In this document: in pieces, positions 1-10,513 of the stretch | Layout of the letters: every line of letters begins with the position of its first letter | How positions within the stretch are numbered: position 1 is the first letter of the stretch | Assembly (NCBI GenBank): GCA_027492205.1 | Contig: JAOZFN010000017.1 | Location: 96,001-160,000 of the forward strand | Source: Thermoproteota archaeon | GTDB taxonomy: Archaea; Korarchaeota; Korarchaeia; Korarchaeales; Korarchaeaceae | DNA length: 64,000 bases | Reading direction: 5' to 3' | The notes under the pieces: generated by a model | Told to the model about the DNA's origin: nothing | What the model saw: the letters and a program-made list of their open reading frames with translations, nothing else | Database searches by the model: none | Position numbers and translations under genes: made by a program

Positions 1-89
1 TTAACAAAAAGCCGGACTATCCCGCTGAATGGGTTAAGTTTTTGAGTGGGCGAGAATGGGTCCGGCAGCCTCCAAAGGAGGTGCACCTA

Positions 90-1730
90 ATGAGAAGGAG
101 GAGCGGAATATCCAGGGCCGCGGTGGGCGCCCTGATCGTTGTGGTGCTGCTGATCTTGGTCGGCGCCTACCTGGCCATGAGGCCTAGCCCCGCCCCGACG
201 ACGGCTCCGCCCGCGACGACGACCGGGGCGCCCCCGACATCCCCTCCAGCGCCCAAGTACGCCGACACCATCATCATCGGGGTGACTGACAAGGTCTCGG
301 ACCTCGACCCCGCGATGGCTTACGACTTCTACACGTGGGAGGTCTTCAACAACATAGGGGAGGGGCCGTTCAAGTACAAGCCCGGGACGACCGAGCTCAT
401 CCCCGGGATAATAGAGAGCTACGAGGTGCAGGAGGGAGGGAAGGTCTACATCCTACACCTCAGGCAGAACCTGAAGTTCGCGGACGGGACCCCCTGCACC
501 GCCCAGACCCTGAAGTGGTCCATAGACAGGGTAGCGAGGATCCAGGGAGACCCAGCGTGGTTCGTGCTGGACTTCGTAAACTACACCGAGGTAGTCGACG
601 ACTACACGCTCAAGATAGTGCTCCAGCAGCCCGTCGCCTTCTTCCCGGCCGTCCTGGCCGTGCCGACCTACTTCCCGATCCCGCCTGACAAGTATCCGGC
701 CGATCAGGTGTCCTCCGACAACACCGCCGGAAGCGTCGGGCCCTACAAAATCGTCAAGTGGGTGAGGGATCAGGAGCTGGTCCTCGAGGCGAATCCCTAC
801 TACTACGGTGAGCCGCCGAAGACGAAGAGGATCATAGTCAGGTTCTACAAGGACGCGACATCCCTTAGGATGGCCCTAGAGGCAGGGGAGATCGACATAG
901 CCTGGAGGACGCTGAATCCCACCGACATTCAGGACCTCAGGGGCAAGCCGGGAATCAAGATCTACGAGAATCCGGGCTCCTTCATCAGGTACATCGTCAT
1001 AAATACGAACATCCCGCCCTTCGACAACAAGCTCGTGAGGCAGGCCCTGGCGGCCGCCCTGAACAGGCAGGCGATCTGCGACACCGTGTTCATGGGGACC
1101 ACCGAGCCCCTCTACAGTCTGGTGCCGAACGGCATGTGGAGTCACGTCGACGCCTTCAAGGAGAAGTACGGAGATCACAACATAGAACTCGCCAGGCAGC
1201 TCCTGCAGCAGGCCGGATACTCCGAGGAGAACAAGCTGGTCGTTGACCTCTGGTACACCACGACGCACTACGGCGACACCGAGGCGGACGTGGCGGCGCT
1301 GATCAAGGCGGCCTGGGAGGAGACCGGAATGATTCAGGTGAATGTCCACAGCGCCGAGTGGTCCACCTACCTCGACCTCACCAGGCAGGGCCAGCTACCC
1401 GTGACGCTGTACGGGTGGTACCCGGACTACATAGACCCCGACAACTTCCTGTACCCGTTCCTGCACACCGGATCGAACCGCTGGCTGGGCGAGCCCTACA
1501 GCAACCCTGACCTCGACGCCCTGCTTGAGCAGGCACAGGTGGAGCTGGACCAGAATGTCAGGGCTCAGCTATATCAGCAGATCCAGCAAATACTCGCAGA
1601 GGACGCCCCAATCATACCCATCTTCCAGGGTAAGCTCGTCCTGGCCGCCAAGGATAACGTCCAAGGCATAGTACTGGATCCCGTCATGCTGCTTAGGTAC
1701 TATCTGCTCGTGAAGCTGGCGGAGGGCTGA
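90..1730 (+). CDS. dppA: Peptide/oligopeptide ABC transporter substrate-binding protein (SBP family 5)
   Basis: N-terminal TM anchor plus Pro/Thr linker; LDPA, LKFADGTP, GPYKIVKW and GWYPDYIDPDNFL motifs; ATG at 90 follows a GGAGGTG RBS. Confidence 0.93.
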   Translation: MRRRSGISRAAVGALIVVVLLILVGAYLAMRPSPAPTTAPPATTTGAPPTSPPAPKYADTIIIGVTDKVSDLDPAMAYDFYTWEVFNNIGEGPFKYKPGTTELIPGIIESYEVQEGGKVYILHLRQNLKFADGTPCTAQTLKWSIDRVARIQGDPAWFVLDFVNYTEVVDDYTLKIVLQQPVAFFPAVLAVPTYFPIPPDKYPADQVSSDNTAGSVGPYKIVKWVRDQELVLEANPYYYGEPPKTKRIIVRFYKDATSLRMALEAGEIDIAWRTLNPTDIQDLRGKPGIKIYENPGSFIRYIVINTNIPPFDNKLVRQALAAALNRQAICDTVFMGTTEPLYSLVPNGMWSHVDAFKEKYGDHNIELARQLLQQAGYSEENKLVVDLWYTTTHYGDTEADVAALIKAAWEETGMIQVNVHSAEWSTYLDLTRQGQLPVTLYGWYPDYIDPDNFLYPFLHTGSNRWLGEPYSNPDLDALLEQAQVELDQNVRAQLYQQIQQILAEDAPIIPIFQGKLVLAAKDNVQGIVLDPVMLLRYYLLVKLAEG

Positions 1731-1816
1731 ACCCTCCTCCCCACCCCCTCCTTTTTCCCAGGGCATGGGCGCGGCTGCTTTTTAGGTAGAGTTCTGGGCC
1801 GGGGTGTGGTGGTCCA

Positions 1817-2830
1817 TTGGCCTCGCTGCGGGCTTACGTCCTGACGAGGATTCTCTTGACGATTCCCATGATCTTCATCCTACTGACCGTGGTGTTTCTC
1901 GTGATGAGGGTGCTTCCAGGGAACCCAGTGATAGCGATGGTCGGCATGAAGGCTTCAGAGGAGCAGATCAGGCAGCTGATGCACCAGTTGGGACTGGACA
2001 AGCCGCTCTGGAGGCAGTACCTTGACTACCTCTCTAGGGTGCTGCGGGGGGACCTAGGCAACTCGATGATTTGGGGCAGGAGGCCCGTCATCGACGAGAT
2101 CATGGATCACTTCCCGGCCACCATCGAGCTGACCATATCCGGCTTCGCCGTGAGCGTCCTATTGGGGATAGTCACGGGGACCGCGGCCGGCCTCAGGAGG
2201 GGAACCGGATTGGACTTGGCCATGAGGGTCTACAGCATCGTGGTCTACGCCCTCTTCATACCGTGGCTGGGCATGATGCTCCAGTACGTATTTGGGGTCA
2301 AGCTGGGCTGGTTTCCCGTGGGCGGGAGGATAGGGCCCATGATGGAGCCCGAGCACGTGACGGGCCTCTACGTGCTCGACTCCATACTAACCCTGAACTG
2401 GGGCAGCCTGGCCAGCGCCCTGAGGTACCTGACGCTCCCGTCTCTGACCCTTGGCGTGGTGCTCTCGGGGGTGTACACCAGGCTGGTCAGGACGAGCCTC
2501 AGCGAGGTCTTGGAGCAGGACTTCATCCGGGCCGCCAGGTCCAGGGGGGTGTCGGAGCGGGTCGTCCTCTTCAGGCACGCCCTGAAGAACGCCTTCATAC
2601 CCATCCTAACCATGATGGGCCTCCAGTTCGCCCTCCTGCTCGCAGGCGCGGTGCTGACGGAGACGACCTTCTCGTGGCCGGGCATGGGAACCTTCCTCAT
2701 GGAGAGGATAATCTACAGGGACTTCACGACGGTGCAGGGGACCATAGTGTTCTACGCCCTCTTCGTGGCCCTGGTGAGCCTAGTGGTCGACCTGATCTAC
2801 GCGTACATCGATCCGAGGATAAGGTACTGA
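1817..2830 (+). CDS. dppB: Peptide ABC transporter permease
   Basis: LGLDKPL..QY, GDLGNS, EAA-like loop QDFIRAARSRG, C-terminal YAYIDPRIRY. Confidence 0.95.
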   Translation: MASLRAYVLTRILLTIPMIFILLTVVFLVMRVLPGNPVIAMVGMKASEEQIRQLMHQLGLDKPLWRQYLDYLSRVLRGDLGNSMIWGRRPVIDEIMDHFPATIELTISGFAVSVLLGIVTGTAAGLRRGTGLDLAMRVYSIVVYALFIPWLGMMLQYVFGVKLGWFPVGGRIGPMMEPEHVTGLYVLDSILTLNWGSLASALRYLTLPSLTLGVVLSGVYTRLVRTSLSEVLEQDFIRAARSRGVSERVVLFRHALKNAFIPILTMMGLQFALLLAGAVLTETTFSWPGMGTFLMERIIYRDFTTVQGTIVFYALFVALVSLVVDLIYAYIDPRIRY

Positions 2831-2834
2831 GGGG

Positions 2835-3707
2835 GTGGCGATGTCCGGGGTCTTCGGGCGGCTCGCCGGGGGTAAGCTGGCGACCCTGGGGAGGGCCAGG
2901 GGGATAGAGAGGTTCATGCTCGGGGTAGGGCTCGCAATCGTACTGCTGGTTATAGGGATGGCCGCGTTCGCCGACGTCCTGTCACCCTATGACCCCATAG
3001 AGATAGTCGACAGGCCGATCCTTCCGCCCTCCAGGGGGCACCCCCTGGGGACCGACTCGCTCGGGAGGGACGTGTTCAGCCGGGTGCTCCACGGGTCCAG
3101 GACGATGCTCACAGTCGTCTCGCTGTCGACGCTCATCTCGCTCTCCGTCGGCGTGCCGCTGGGTCTCCTGTCGGGGTACAGGGGAGGGGTGTTGGACAGA
3201 GCCCTCTCGCTGGTCATGGACAGCATATACGCATTCCCGGGACTCATACTGGCGATAGCCGTCGCTGCCATGCTCGGGCCCGGAGTCTACAACACGGCCA
3301 TATCGATAGCGGTGGTCTACATGCCGACGTACTTTAGAATGGTCAGGGGAGAGGTCCTGAGCCTCAAGGAGAGGACCTTCGTCGAGGCGGCCAGGGCGCT
3401 GGGGGCCAGGGATCGGACGATCCTGAGGAAGTACCTCCTCCCCAACGTTCTGCCCACCATACTCGTGGTCTTCTCCCTCAACGTGGCCGACGCGGTCCTC
3501 ACCGAGGCCGGCCTGAGCTTCCTGGGTTTGAGCGTCCCGTCCCCAACCCCCGACTGGGGGTTCGACATGAGGAACGGGCAGAGGTACTTCCTCTCGGGAT
3601 ACTGGTGGCTCGTCACCTTCCCCGGCCTCATGATAATCCTGCTCTGCGTGGGATTCAGTCTGCTCGGCGAGGGGCTGGACGCCATCCTGAACCCGAGGGA
3701 GGCGTGA
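2835..3707 (+). CDS. dppC: Peptide ABC transporter permease
   Basis: HPLGTDSLGRDVFSR, FVEAARALGA, EAGLSFLGL, PDWG motifs. Confidence 0.95.
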   Translation: MAMSGVFGRLAGGKLATLGRARGIERFMLGVGLAIVLLVIGMAAFADVLSPYDPIEIVDRPILPPSRGHPLGTDSLGRDVFSRVLHGSRTMLTVVSLSTLISLSVGVPLGLLSGYRGGVLDRALSLVMDSIYAFPGLILAIAVAAMLGPGVYNTAISIAVVYMPTYFRMVRGEVLSLKERTFVEAARALGARDRTILRKYLLPNVLPTILVVFSLNVADAVLTEAGLSFLGLSVPSPTPDWGFDMRNGQRYFLSGYWWLVTFPGLMIILLCVGFSLLGEGLDAILNPREA

Positions 3708-3710
3708 CCG

Positions 3711-4733
3711 ATGGGGGGCGAGCTCCTGAGGATAGAGGACCTCAAGGTTCACTACTTCACCTCGGGAGGGGTAGTGAGGGCAGTCGACGGGGTCGACCTT
3801 GAGGTGAGGCGAGGGGAGCTGGTCGGCCTTGTTGGGGAGTCCGGGAGCGGCAAGAGCACCCTCGGCCTGGCCATCCCTAGGTTGATCCCTCCCCCGGGGA
3901 AGATCGTAGGGGGCAGGATAGTGTTCGACGGCCTCGACCTCACCGAACTCAGCGAGGAGAGGATGCGCGATATCAGGGGGAGGAGGATAGGGATGGTCTT
4001 CCAGGACCCCATGACCTCCCTCGACCCCCTCATGAAGGTGGGGGACCAGATATCCGAGACCATCCTGGCCCACGAGGACGTCTCCAAGTCGGAGGCGAGG
4101 GCGAGGGCCGAGGAACTCCTCGAGGCGGTGGGCATACCCCGCGACAGGTACGACGACTACCCCCATCAGTTCAGCGGCGGAATGAGGCAGAGGGTTATGA
4201 TCGCATCGGCAATAGCGCTCAAGCCGGACCTCCTCATAGCCGATGAGCCCACCACGGCGCTGGACGTCATAGTCCAGGCTCAGATCCTGCACCTCTTCAG
4301 GGAGCTCCAGAGGAGCATGGGGATGAGCGTGATACTCATCACGCACGACATGGCGCTCGAGATGCAGGTGGCCGACAGGATAGCCGTCATGTACGGCGGG
4401 TGGATCGTGGAGTACTCTCCCGCGGTTGCGATGGCGAGAGATCCGCTAAATCCCTACACGGCCGAACTCCTGAAGGCCATACCGAATATCGAGCTGGAGG
4501 ATCAGAGGCTGGTCTCGATACCGGGCTCCCCGCCCGACCTGAGGGCCCCGCCCCCGGGGTGCAGGTTCCACCCCAGGTGCCGCAGGAGGTTCGAGCCCTG
4601 CGCCACCGAGGAGCCCGCGACGGTCGAGGTCGACGGGAGATTAGTGAAGTGCCACCTCTACGCTTCGGGAGGGCCGGACTCGGCTGGAGGATCGGAGAGG
4701 GGTGAGGGGGAGAGGGAGAATGGGCGAGGATGA
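3711..4733 (+). CDS. dppD: Peptide ABC transporter ATP-binding protein
   Basis: Walker [26 protein letters not shown]-terminal GCRFHPRC domain. Confidence 0.95.
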   Translation: MGGELLRIEDLKVHYFTSGGVVRAVDGVDLEVRRGELVGLVGESGSGKSTLGLAIPRLIPPPGKIVGGRIVFDGLDLTELSEERMRDIRGRRIGMVFQDPMTSLDPLMKVGDQISETILAHEDVSKSEARARAEELLEAVGIPRDRYDDYPHQFSGGMRQRVMIASAIALKPDLLIADEPTTALDVIVQAQILHLFRELQRSMGMSVILITHDMALEMQVADRIAVMYGGWIVEYSPAVAMARDPLNPYTAELLKAIPNIELEDQRLVSIPGSPPDLRAPPPGCRFHPRCRRRFEPCATEEPATVEVDGRLVKCHLYASGGPDSAGGSERGEGERENGRG

Positions 4734-5712
4734 GGAGCTGGTCAGGGTCGAGGGGCTGAAGAAGTACTTCCCCGTCGAGAGGGGGTTCGTGGAGAGGCTC
4801 CTGACCCGTCGGAGAAGGTTCGTCAGGGCCGTCGACGGGGTGACGTTCGGCATAAGGAGAGGGGAGGTCCTCTCCCTCGTAGGGGAGACCGGGAGCGGTA
4901 AGAGCACGACGGGGAAGCTCATCCTCAGGCTGATAGACCCGACGGAGGGGAGGATCTACTTCGACGGGGAGGACATCACCGAACTAAGGGGGGAGGAGCT
5001 GAGGAGGCTCAGGAGGAGGATGCAGATAATCTACCAAGATCCCTACGCCTCTCTCAACCCTAGGATGAGGGTAGGCGATGCCATAGCCCACCCGCTCGAG
5101 ATCCACGGCATGGCCGACAGAGAGGAGAGGGGGGAGGCTGTCCTGGAGATGCTGGAGAGGGTGGGCCTCGTGCCGGCCGAAGAGTTCTACGACAGGTTCC
5201 CGGCCCAGCTCTCAGGGGGACAGCGGCAGAGGGTGGCGATAGCCAGGGCGGTCATAACCAGGCCCGAGTTCATAGTGGCGGACGAGCCCGTCTCGTCCAT
5301 AGACGTCTCGCTCAGGGCGTCGATACTTGAGCTCATGATGGACCTCAAGGGAGAGTTCGGCCTCTCCTACCTGTTCATCACCCACGACCTCGCCGTCGCC
5401 AAGTACATCTCCAGCAGGATAGCCGTCATGTACCTGGGCAAGGTTGTGGAGGTGGGCCCGGTGGGGGAGGTGTTCAGGAATCCGGCTCACCCCTACACCA
5501 GAGCCCTGCTGGCAGCCGTGCCGGTGCCGGATCCCGCGAGGGGGTTGGCCCCCGTTGAACTCAAGGGGGAGATCCCCTCCGCCATCGACATCCCACCCGG
5601 GTGCCGGTTCCACCCCAGGTGCCCCGAGGCTAGCGACGTGTGCGGGGAGCGCGAGCCGGAGATGGTCGAGGTCGGGCCGGACCACTTCGCCGCTTGCCAC
5701 CTGTACTCCTGA
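4720..5712 (+). CDS. dppF: Peptide ABC transporter ATP-binding protein
   Basis: [40 protein letters not shown]; start moved to ATG 4720. Confidence 0.95.
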   Translation: MGEDEELVRVEGLKKYFPVERGFVERLLTRRRRFVRAVDGVTFGIRRGEVLSLVGETGSGKSTTGKLILRLIDPTEGRIYFDGEDITELRGEELRRLRRRMQIIYQDPYASLNPRMRVGDAIAHPLEIHGMADREERGEAVLEMLERVGLVPAEEFYDRFPAQLSGGQRQRVAIARAVITRPEFIVADEPVSSIDVSLRASILELMMDLKGEFGLSYLFITHDLAVAKYISSRIAVMYLGKVVEVGPVGEVFRNPAHPYTRALLAAVPVPDPARGLAPVELKGEIPSAIDIPPGCRFHPRCPEASDVCGEREPEMVEVGPDHFAACHLYS

Positions 5713-5735
5713 CTCAACTGGGTGCTCGTTCAACC

Positions 5736-6803
5736 TCATGGGGTCATAACCGGAACAGAGCCGAATCTCCCCAGGTCCACCCAGTCGCCGGGTCTCGCGT
5801 CGGCCAGGATCAGTCTCAACCCCAAGGGCCTCCCTTTGATGGCCGCGGCCGCGAGGACATCCCTCATCAGCTTAGCCAAGGTAGGGGGGTTGAAGAGCGG
5901 AAGCGCCACCATGTCAACCCCGGCCACGCACACCGTCGACAGGCCGACTAGATCCCTCAGTCTGAGCTCGCCACGCGAGGCAAGCTCCTTAAGACGGTCG
6001 TCCTCGGCAACGGGCAGCATGACCTCCGAGAAGCCAACCGTCGGTGCGTGGTCTCTCAGAGAGGAGAGAATGGCGTTCAGTCGCCAGATCGCCCAGTAGG
6101 TGCCCGGCCCGCCGAACTCCTCTTCCGTGAGGGACTCTATCAGGGCCGCGACGGACTCCTCCATCCACGGCGACACGGACGGGTCTACGCCGAGGAACTC
6201 TATGCCAGAGGACATGGCTATTCTCCTGCCAGCCTCCGTGGCCCAATTCACGATTTCGATAATCCTCTGTTTCAGTTGCCTCCAGGATCCGGTCTGCGCG
6301 GCCACCCTGAGATCTCCCGCGTAGAGCAGGCTGAGGGAGATGCCCTCCCTCTCTGAAGCTGTGGACGGGAAGTAGGGCGTCTCGACGAGACCCCCCAGCC
6401 CCAGGGCCATCCTCGTGAGGGCTTCGGGTCCCTGATCTTCGAACACGGAGTGTAGAAGCCTGGCGAGCTTCGTCGCGAACTCGGGTCGCGGTCGCCTGAC
6501 CTCGATCCCCACGAAGATCGCGTCAGAGACGGAAAGGAGAGCCGGCGCCCCGCCAGCCTGATCCAAGCTTAGGGGGATGGAGAGGTACTCCGCGCCTGCT
6601 TCAGTCGCGCGGTCGTAGACCTCGGCGACGAGGTCCGGGCTCCGCGCCCAAGGCCCCCTGGGGAGGACGATCCTCTTGGTCCAGGCCAGGTCGCCCGAGG
6701 CCGAGAAGGCGGGCTCGGATTTGGCTAGGATGAGGTCCGGGATGGTGTCGATTTTCTCAGGATCGACGGGCGGTGCGTGGAAGGCGAGAGCTCTGATCCT
6801 CAA
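5736..6803 (-). CDS. DUF711 (UPF0210-like) family protein
   Basis: TPYFP, GVDPSVSPWMEESV, VGFSEVMLPVAEDDRL and CVAGVDM motifs typical of DUF711. Confidence 0.8.
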   Translation of the reverse strand: MRIRALAFHAPPVDPEKIDTIPDLILAKSEPAFSASGDLAWTKRIVLPRGPWARSPDLVAEVYDRATEAGAEYLSIPLSLDQAGGAPALLSVSDAIFVGIEVRRPRPEFATKLARLLHSVFEDQGPEALTRMALGLGGLVETPYFPSTASEREGISLSLLYAGDLRVAAQTGSWRQLKQRIIEIVNWATEAGRRIAMSSGIEFLGVDPSVSPWMEESVAALIESLTEEEFGGPGTYWAIWRLNAILSSLRDHAPTVGFSEVMLPVAEDDRLKELASRGELRLRDLVGLSTVCVAGVDMVALPLFNPPTLAKLMRDVLAAAAIKGRPLGLRLILADARPGDWVDLGRFGSVPVMTP

Positions 6804-7699
6804 GGCTCAACACCTCGTCATGGGCCCGCCGGATCACGAAAAATCTCTGCTGCGTGCGTCCAGAACGCGCATGGTCTCGCGTGCCCCCTGGTGGAAATCG
6901 GGTCGATAGAGATGTGGCCGAGACGCCCAATGCCTCTTCCCAGGGACGATCGACCTCGCGCTCGAAAGAGAGGAACTTAGCGGTCCTGAAGTCCCGCAGC
7001 GATCCGCCTTGGTTCGGCTCAGAGCGGCGCCGGCGCTGGCGCGGGAGGTCTGAGTCAGGGAGATCTGTCTGTGCGCGTCGACAAGGCGGCTGCTTGATTT
7101 TTGCGCCCGCGCCGCTCTGAGTCCCCCGAGGTATCCGCCGAATTCTGGGATCAAGATTGCCCGCTGTGCACGAAGGAGCCATGCGTGCTGCGAGGAGAGG
7201 TGCGGATACCGGTGCACCCAATGGTAGGGGGTCTGCGACTGCTTTGGAGACACAGACGGCGGGGAAACTCGCGTCTGCTGGAAGGGGTGTCAGAAGTACG
7301 AGTGGGCGTGCTGGCAAGACTGTAAAAGGGCGAACTTCTGCCAGAAGGTGTACCACTAACCGGTCAGATGAGGGGATGCTCTCCTAGATTGGTGCCCGCC
7401 CGAGCGCTCACCGATTGGCGTGGCGAATCGGCGTGCCCCGCAGACGCAGGGAACATCCCAGGGGGTGGAGCTAGAAGTAGGAGATAACTCGGGAAGCCCG
7501 GAAGGGTCGTCGAGTCCCCTTTTGGCACAGAGCTATTCTCATCCGTCATAAGGGGTCCCCAAGGGGCCGAAGTTGGGGACTACCTTGACCATAGAGGAGA
7601 GCGTACGGGGGACCAAGACCGGCCGCTGCGGTCGCGCTCTTCCTATTTAATCAGGGCCCACAACTCCCCCCGAGGTGATCGAGGGTTCGGGTTAAGGTA

Positions 7700-9196
7700 A
7701 TGCCCGAGAGCTTTCCGGCAGGCCGTAGGATAATACTCCTCTCGGCTCAGGATGCCAGGGAGGCAGGCCTGAGGCCGTACGACAGGGTTAGAGTTAGCCT
7801 GGACAGCAGGAGCGCGACTGCCCTGCTCTCCGTGGTCGAGGGGATGATCCCCCCCGGAGAGGCCGTCCTATCGCTGGAACTCAGGGGGGCCCTCGAGGTT
7901 CAGTCTGGAGAAGAGGTCACTCTCAGCCTGGCTGGCAGGCCCAAATCCTTCGACGCCATACGGAAGAAGATGCGGGGGGAGGAGCTGACCCCCGAGGAGA
8001 TAAGGGCCATAGTGTTTGACGCGGCGAACTACGAGATAGGCGAGCTGGAGATAGCCGCCTTCCTGCTGGCTCAGGAGTTCAAGGGAATGAACATGAACGA
8101 GATAGTGGCCCTCACGAAGGCCATGGTGGAGGCGGGCTCCACGGTGGACTTCGGGAGGCCCGTCTACGAGAAGCACTCCATAGGCGGCGTGCCCGGGAAC
8201 AAGGTCAGCCTCCTGATAGTCCCGATAGCTGCGTCGCTGGGAGTATTCATCCCCAAAACCAGCAGCAGGGCGATAACCAGCCCGGCCGGCACCGCTGACA
8301 CGATGGAGGTCCTGGCCCCGGTGGAGTTCGATCTAGAGGAGTACAGGGAGGTGGCCCTCAAGGCGGGAGGGTGCATAGTCTGGGGTGGAAAGCTCGACCT
8401 GGCGCCGGTTGACGACATATTCATTAGGATAGAGCACCCCCTCGGCATAGACCCGAGGAGTCAGATGCTCGCCAGCATATTCTCCAAGAAGCTGGCCGTC
8501 GGCATACGGGGGCTCGTCATGGACATACCAACGGGGAAGGGGGCCAAGGTTGAGGATCTAAAGGATGCAGAGGCCCTCGCGAGCCAGTTCATCGAGCTGG
8601 GCAGGAGGTTTGACGTCAGGGTTCAGTGCGGCATAACCTACGGGGGGCAGCCCGTGGGCCACGCCGTAGGCCCCGCGCTGGAGGCCAGGGAGGCCCTCGA
8701 GGCCCTCATGGGCGGGGGGCCGGCCAGCCTGATAGAGAAGTCGACGAGCCTGGCCGGCCTGCTGCTGGAGCTCTCTGGCGTGACTACCAAGGGGGCCGGC
8801 CAGGATGCCGCGAAGGAGGCCCTAAGGACGGGAAGGGCGCTTGAGAAGATAAGGGAGATAATCGAGGCCCAGGGCGGGGATCCCAAGGTCAAGCCCGGGG
8901 ACATCCCCGTCGGGGAGTACAGGGTAGAGCTTAGAGCGCCAGCCGACGGCTACGTTACCAACGTGGACAACGCGTCGATCGCGACGATAGCCAGGCTCGC
9001 CGGAGCCCCAAGCGAAAAGGGCGCCGGCGTGCTCCTCCACGCCAAGCAGGGGTACAAGGTGAAGAAGGGGGATGTCCTCCTCGAGATCTTCGCCGAGAGG
9101 GAGTCTAAGCTCACAGAAGCCTATGAGGCTGCCATGAGGTTGAGGCCAGTAACCGTCGAGGGCATGCTCCTCCGGAGGGTCCCGGAGTACCTGTGA
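7700..9196 (+). CDS. AMP phosphorylase (thymidine phosphorylase family)
   Basis: KHSIGGVPGNK, PKTSSRAITSPAGTAD, extra N-terminal domain and ~500 aa length of archaeal AMP phosphorylases. Confidence 0.92.
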   Translation: MPESFPAGRRIILLSAQDAREAGLRPYDRVRVSLDSRSATALLSVVEGMIPPGEAVLSLELRGALEVQSGEEVTLSLAGRPKSFDAIRKKMRGEELTPEEIRAIVFDAANYEIGELEIAAFLLAQEFKGMNMNEIVALTKAMVEAGSTVDFGRPVYEKHSIGGVPGNKVSLLIVPIAASLGVFIPKTSSRAITSPAGTADTMEVLAPVEFDLEEYREVALKAGGCIVWGGKLDLAPVDDIFIRIEHPLGIDPRSQMLASIFSKKLAVGIRGLVMDIPTGKGAKVEDLKDAEALASQFIELGRRFDVRVQCGITYGGQPVGHAVGPALEAREALEALMGGGPASLIEKSTSLAGLLLELSGVTTKGAGQDAAKEALRTGRALEKIREIIEAQGGDPKVKPGDIPVGEYRVELRAPADGYVTNVDNASIATIARLAGAPSEKGAGVLLHAKQGYKVKKGDVLLEIFAERESKLTEAYEAAMRLRPVTVEGMLLRRVPEYL

Positions 9197-9209
9197 TTTA
9201 CCGCGCGCG

Positions 9210-9533
9210 AGACTTGGAGAGGGCCTCTAGGCCGCGTCGAGTACGCCAGCACGGGCGGGCGCTACTACGCGGCCAGGCTGGCGGTGACGGGGGCCCTAGA
9301 GAGAGGGCAAGCGAGGGTTCTCGTCCTCGGGGAGATCCACCGCGATCAGCTCACGCCCCTGAGGAGTCTGGCTTGTGAGGGAGGGCGTGAGGTCCACCCT
9401 GCGCGAGAGGCCCGCGAGGTTCTACGGCCTCGAGGAGGCAGGTCGACACCTCGACCTCCCGCTCCGCTTCTGGGTCAGGGTCTCCGAGACCCTCAGGGGA
9501 TGTAGGCAGGAGACCCTATCCAAGTACCTGTGA
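9210..9533 (+). pseudogene. nreA: Nre (archaeal PCNA-interacting DNA repair protein), C-terminal fragment, frameshifted
   Basis: GRVEYASTGGRYYAARLAV...VLVLGEIH..TPL, then after a frameshift near 9361 GVWLVREGVR...QETLSKYL* (PIP-box-like end). Confidence 0.75.
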
Positions 9534-9540
9534 GCCCGGC

Positions 9541-10470
9541 CTACTGGCCCAGCTGCCTCGCTATGTCCTCCAGAGCCCTGAGCCTGTCCACGATGTTGGG
9601 GTGTGTGGAGAATATCCCGAGGATCCTCTCCGACACCGTAGGCTCCTTCTCCATCAGCGCCCTCTTTAGCTCAGCCGGATCCACTGGTGGGAGCATCGGG
9701 TCGGATATGAAGAGCGGGCGTGCCTGGGCAACCCGGATCCCCAAGCTGGGATTAGAGCGGGCCGCTATCTTCACCAGCGCGTGTTGGAGCCTCCTGGCGC
9801 CCCCGGGAATCACCGTCGCGGCGTGTGCGTCGGCGTAGTACTCCCTAAGCCTGCTCAGCCTGAGCGACACGAGCCAGAGCACGGTGGCCAGGGCGATCGC
9901 CAGGCCTCCGGCGAGGACCAGCTGCCCCCTGTCGTCCCTGTCCCCCAGGTAGGAGGAGTAGTAGAGCGACCTGCCGATGTGGTAGAAGATCGCTGGCAGG
10001 GTCGAGGCGAGCATCATCACCTGCATGTCGCCGTGGGCGACGTGCCCGACCTCGTGAGCAAGGACGGCCTCGACCTCCTCGGGGGAGAGGGTCGAGAGGA
10101 GCCCCTCCGTCACGGCCACCCTGTAGCCGGAGATGGGTGTCCCGTAGGCGAACGCGTTCGGCACGTTGAGCGGAACCAGGACGAGCTTCGGCTTCCTGAC
10201 TCCGCTCTCCGCCGAGATCCTCTCCAGCGCCTCGTGGAGCCACGGGACCTCCGAGGGCTTGAGCTCCCTGGCCCTGTACATGAGCTCGATCAGCGACGGC
10301 GAGGCGAGCCACATGAGGAAGTTGAACGCGACGGCCAAGACGACGGCGGCGAGGGGGTTGACGAACCTCGTGAGCGCCGCGAAGGCCAGCGTCGCCAGCC
10401 CTATCAGCAGAGCAAGCGTCCCGAACATCTCGAAGTGGAGCCTGCCCAAGTTCGCTATTCTAGTGGACAT
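9541..10470 (-). CDS. htpX: Membrane zinc metalloprotease HtpX (M48)
   Basis: PNAFA, HEVGH zinc motif, SRLREYYAD, FSTHP. Confidence 0.93.
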   Translation of the reverse strand: MSTRIANLGRLHFEMFGTLALLIGLATLAFAALTRFVNPLAAVVLAVAFNFLMWLASPSLIELMYRARELKPSEVPWLHEALERISAESGVRKPKLVLVPLNVPNAFAYGTPISGYRVAVTEGLLSTLSPEEVEAVLAHEVGHVAHGDMQVMMLASTLPAIFYHIGRSLYYSSYLGDRDDRGQLVLAGGLAIALATVLWLVSLRLSRLREYYADAHAATVIPGGARRLQHALVKIAARSNPSLGIRVAQARPLFISDPMLPPVDPAELKRALMEKEPTVSERILGIFSTHPNIVDRLRALEDIARQLGQ

Positions 10471-10513
10471 ACTCGGGGTTGAGGGGTGGGAGGGGGTAAA
10501 AAAGTTGGGGGGC

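Noticed and set aside
2982-4346. Long antisense or alternate-frame ORFs (also 19160-20509, 16987-18546, 52347-53351)
   Set aside because: Shadow ORFs of well-supported genes, expected at high GC3.
6803-7700. Possible RNase P, SRP or tRNA gene in the long intergenic gap
   Set aside because: No RNase P P4 signature, SRP motif or tRNA T-loop found on either strand.
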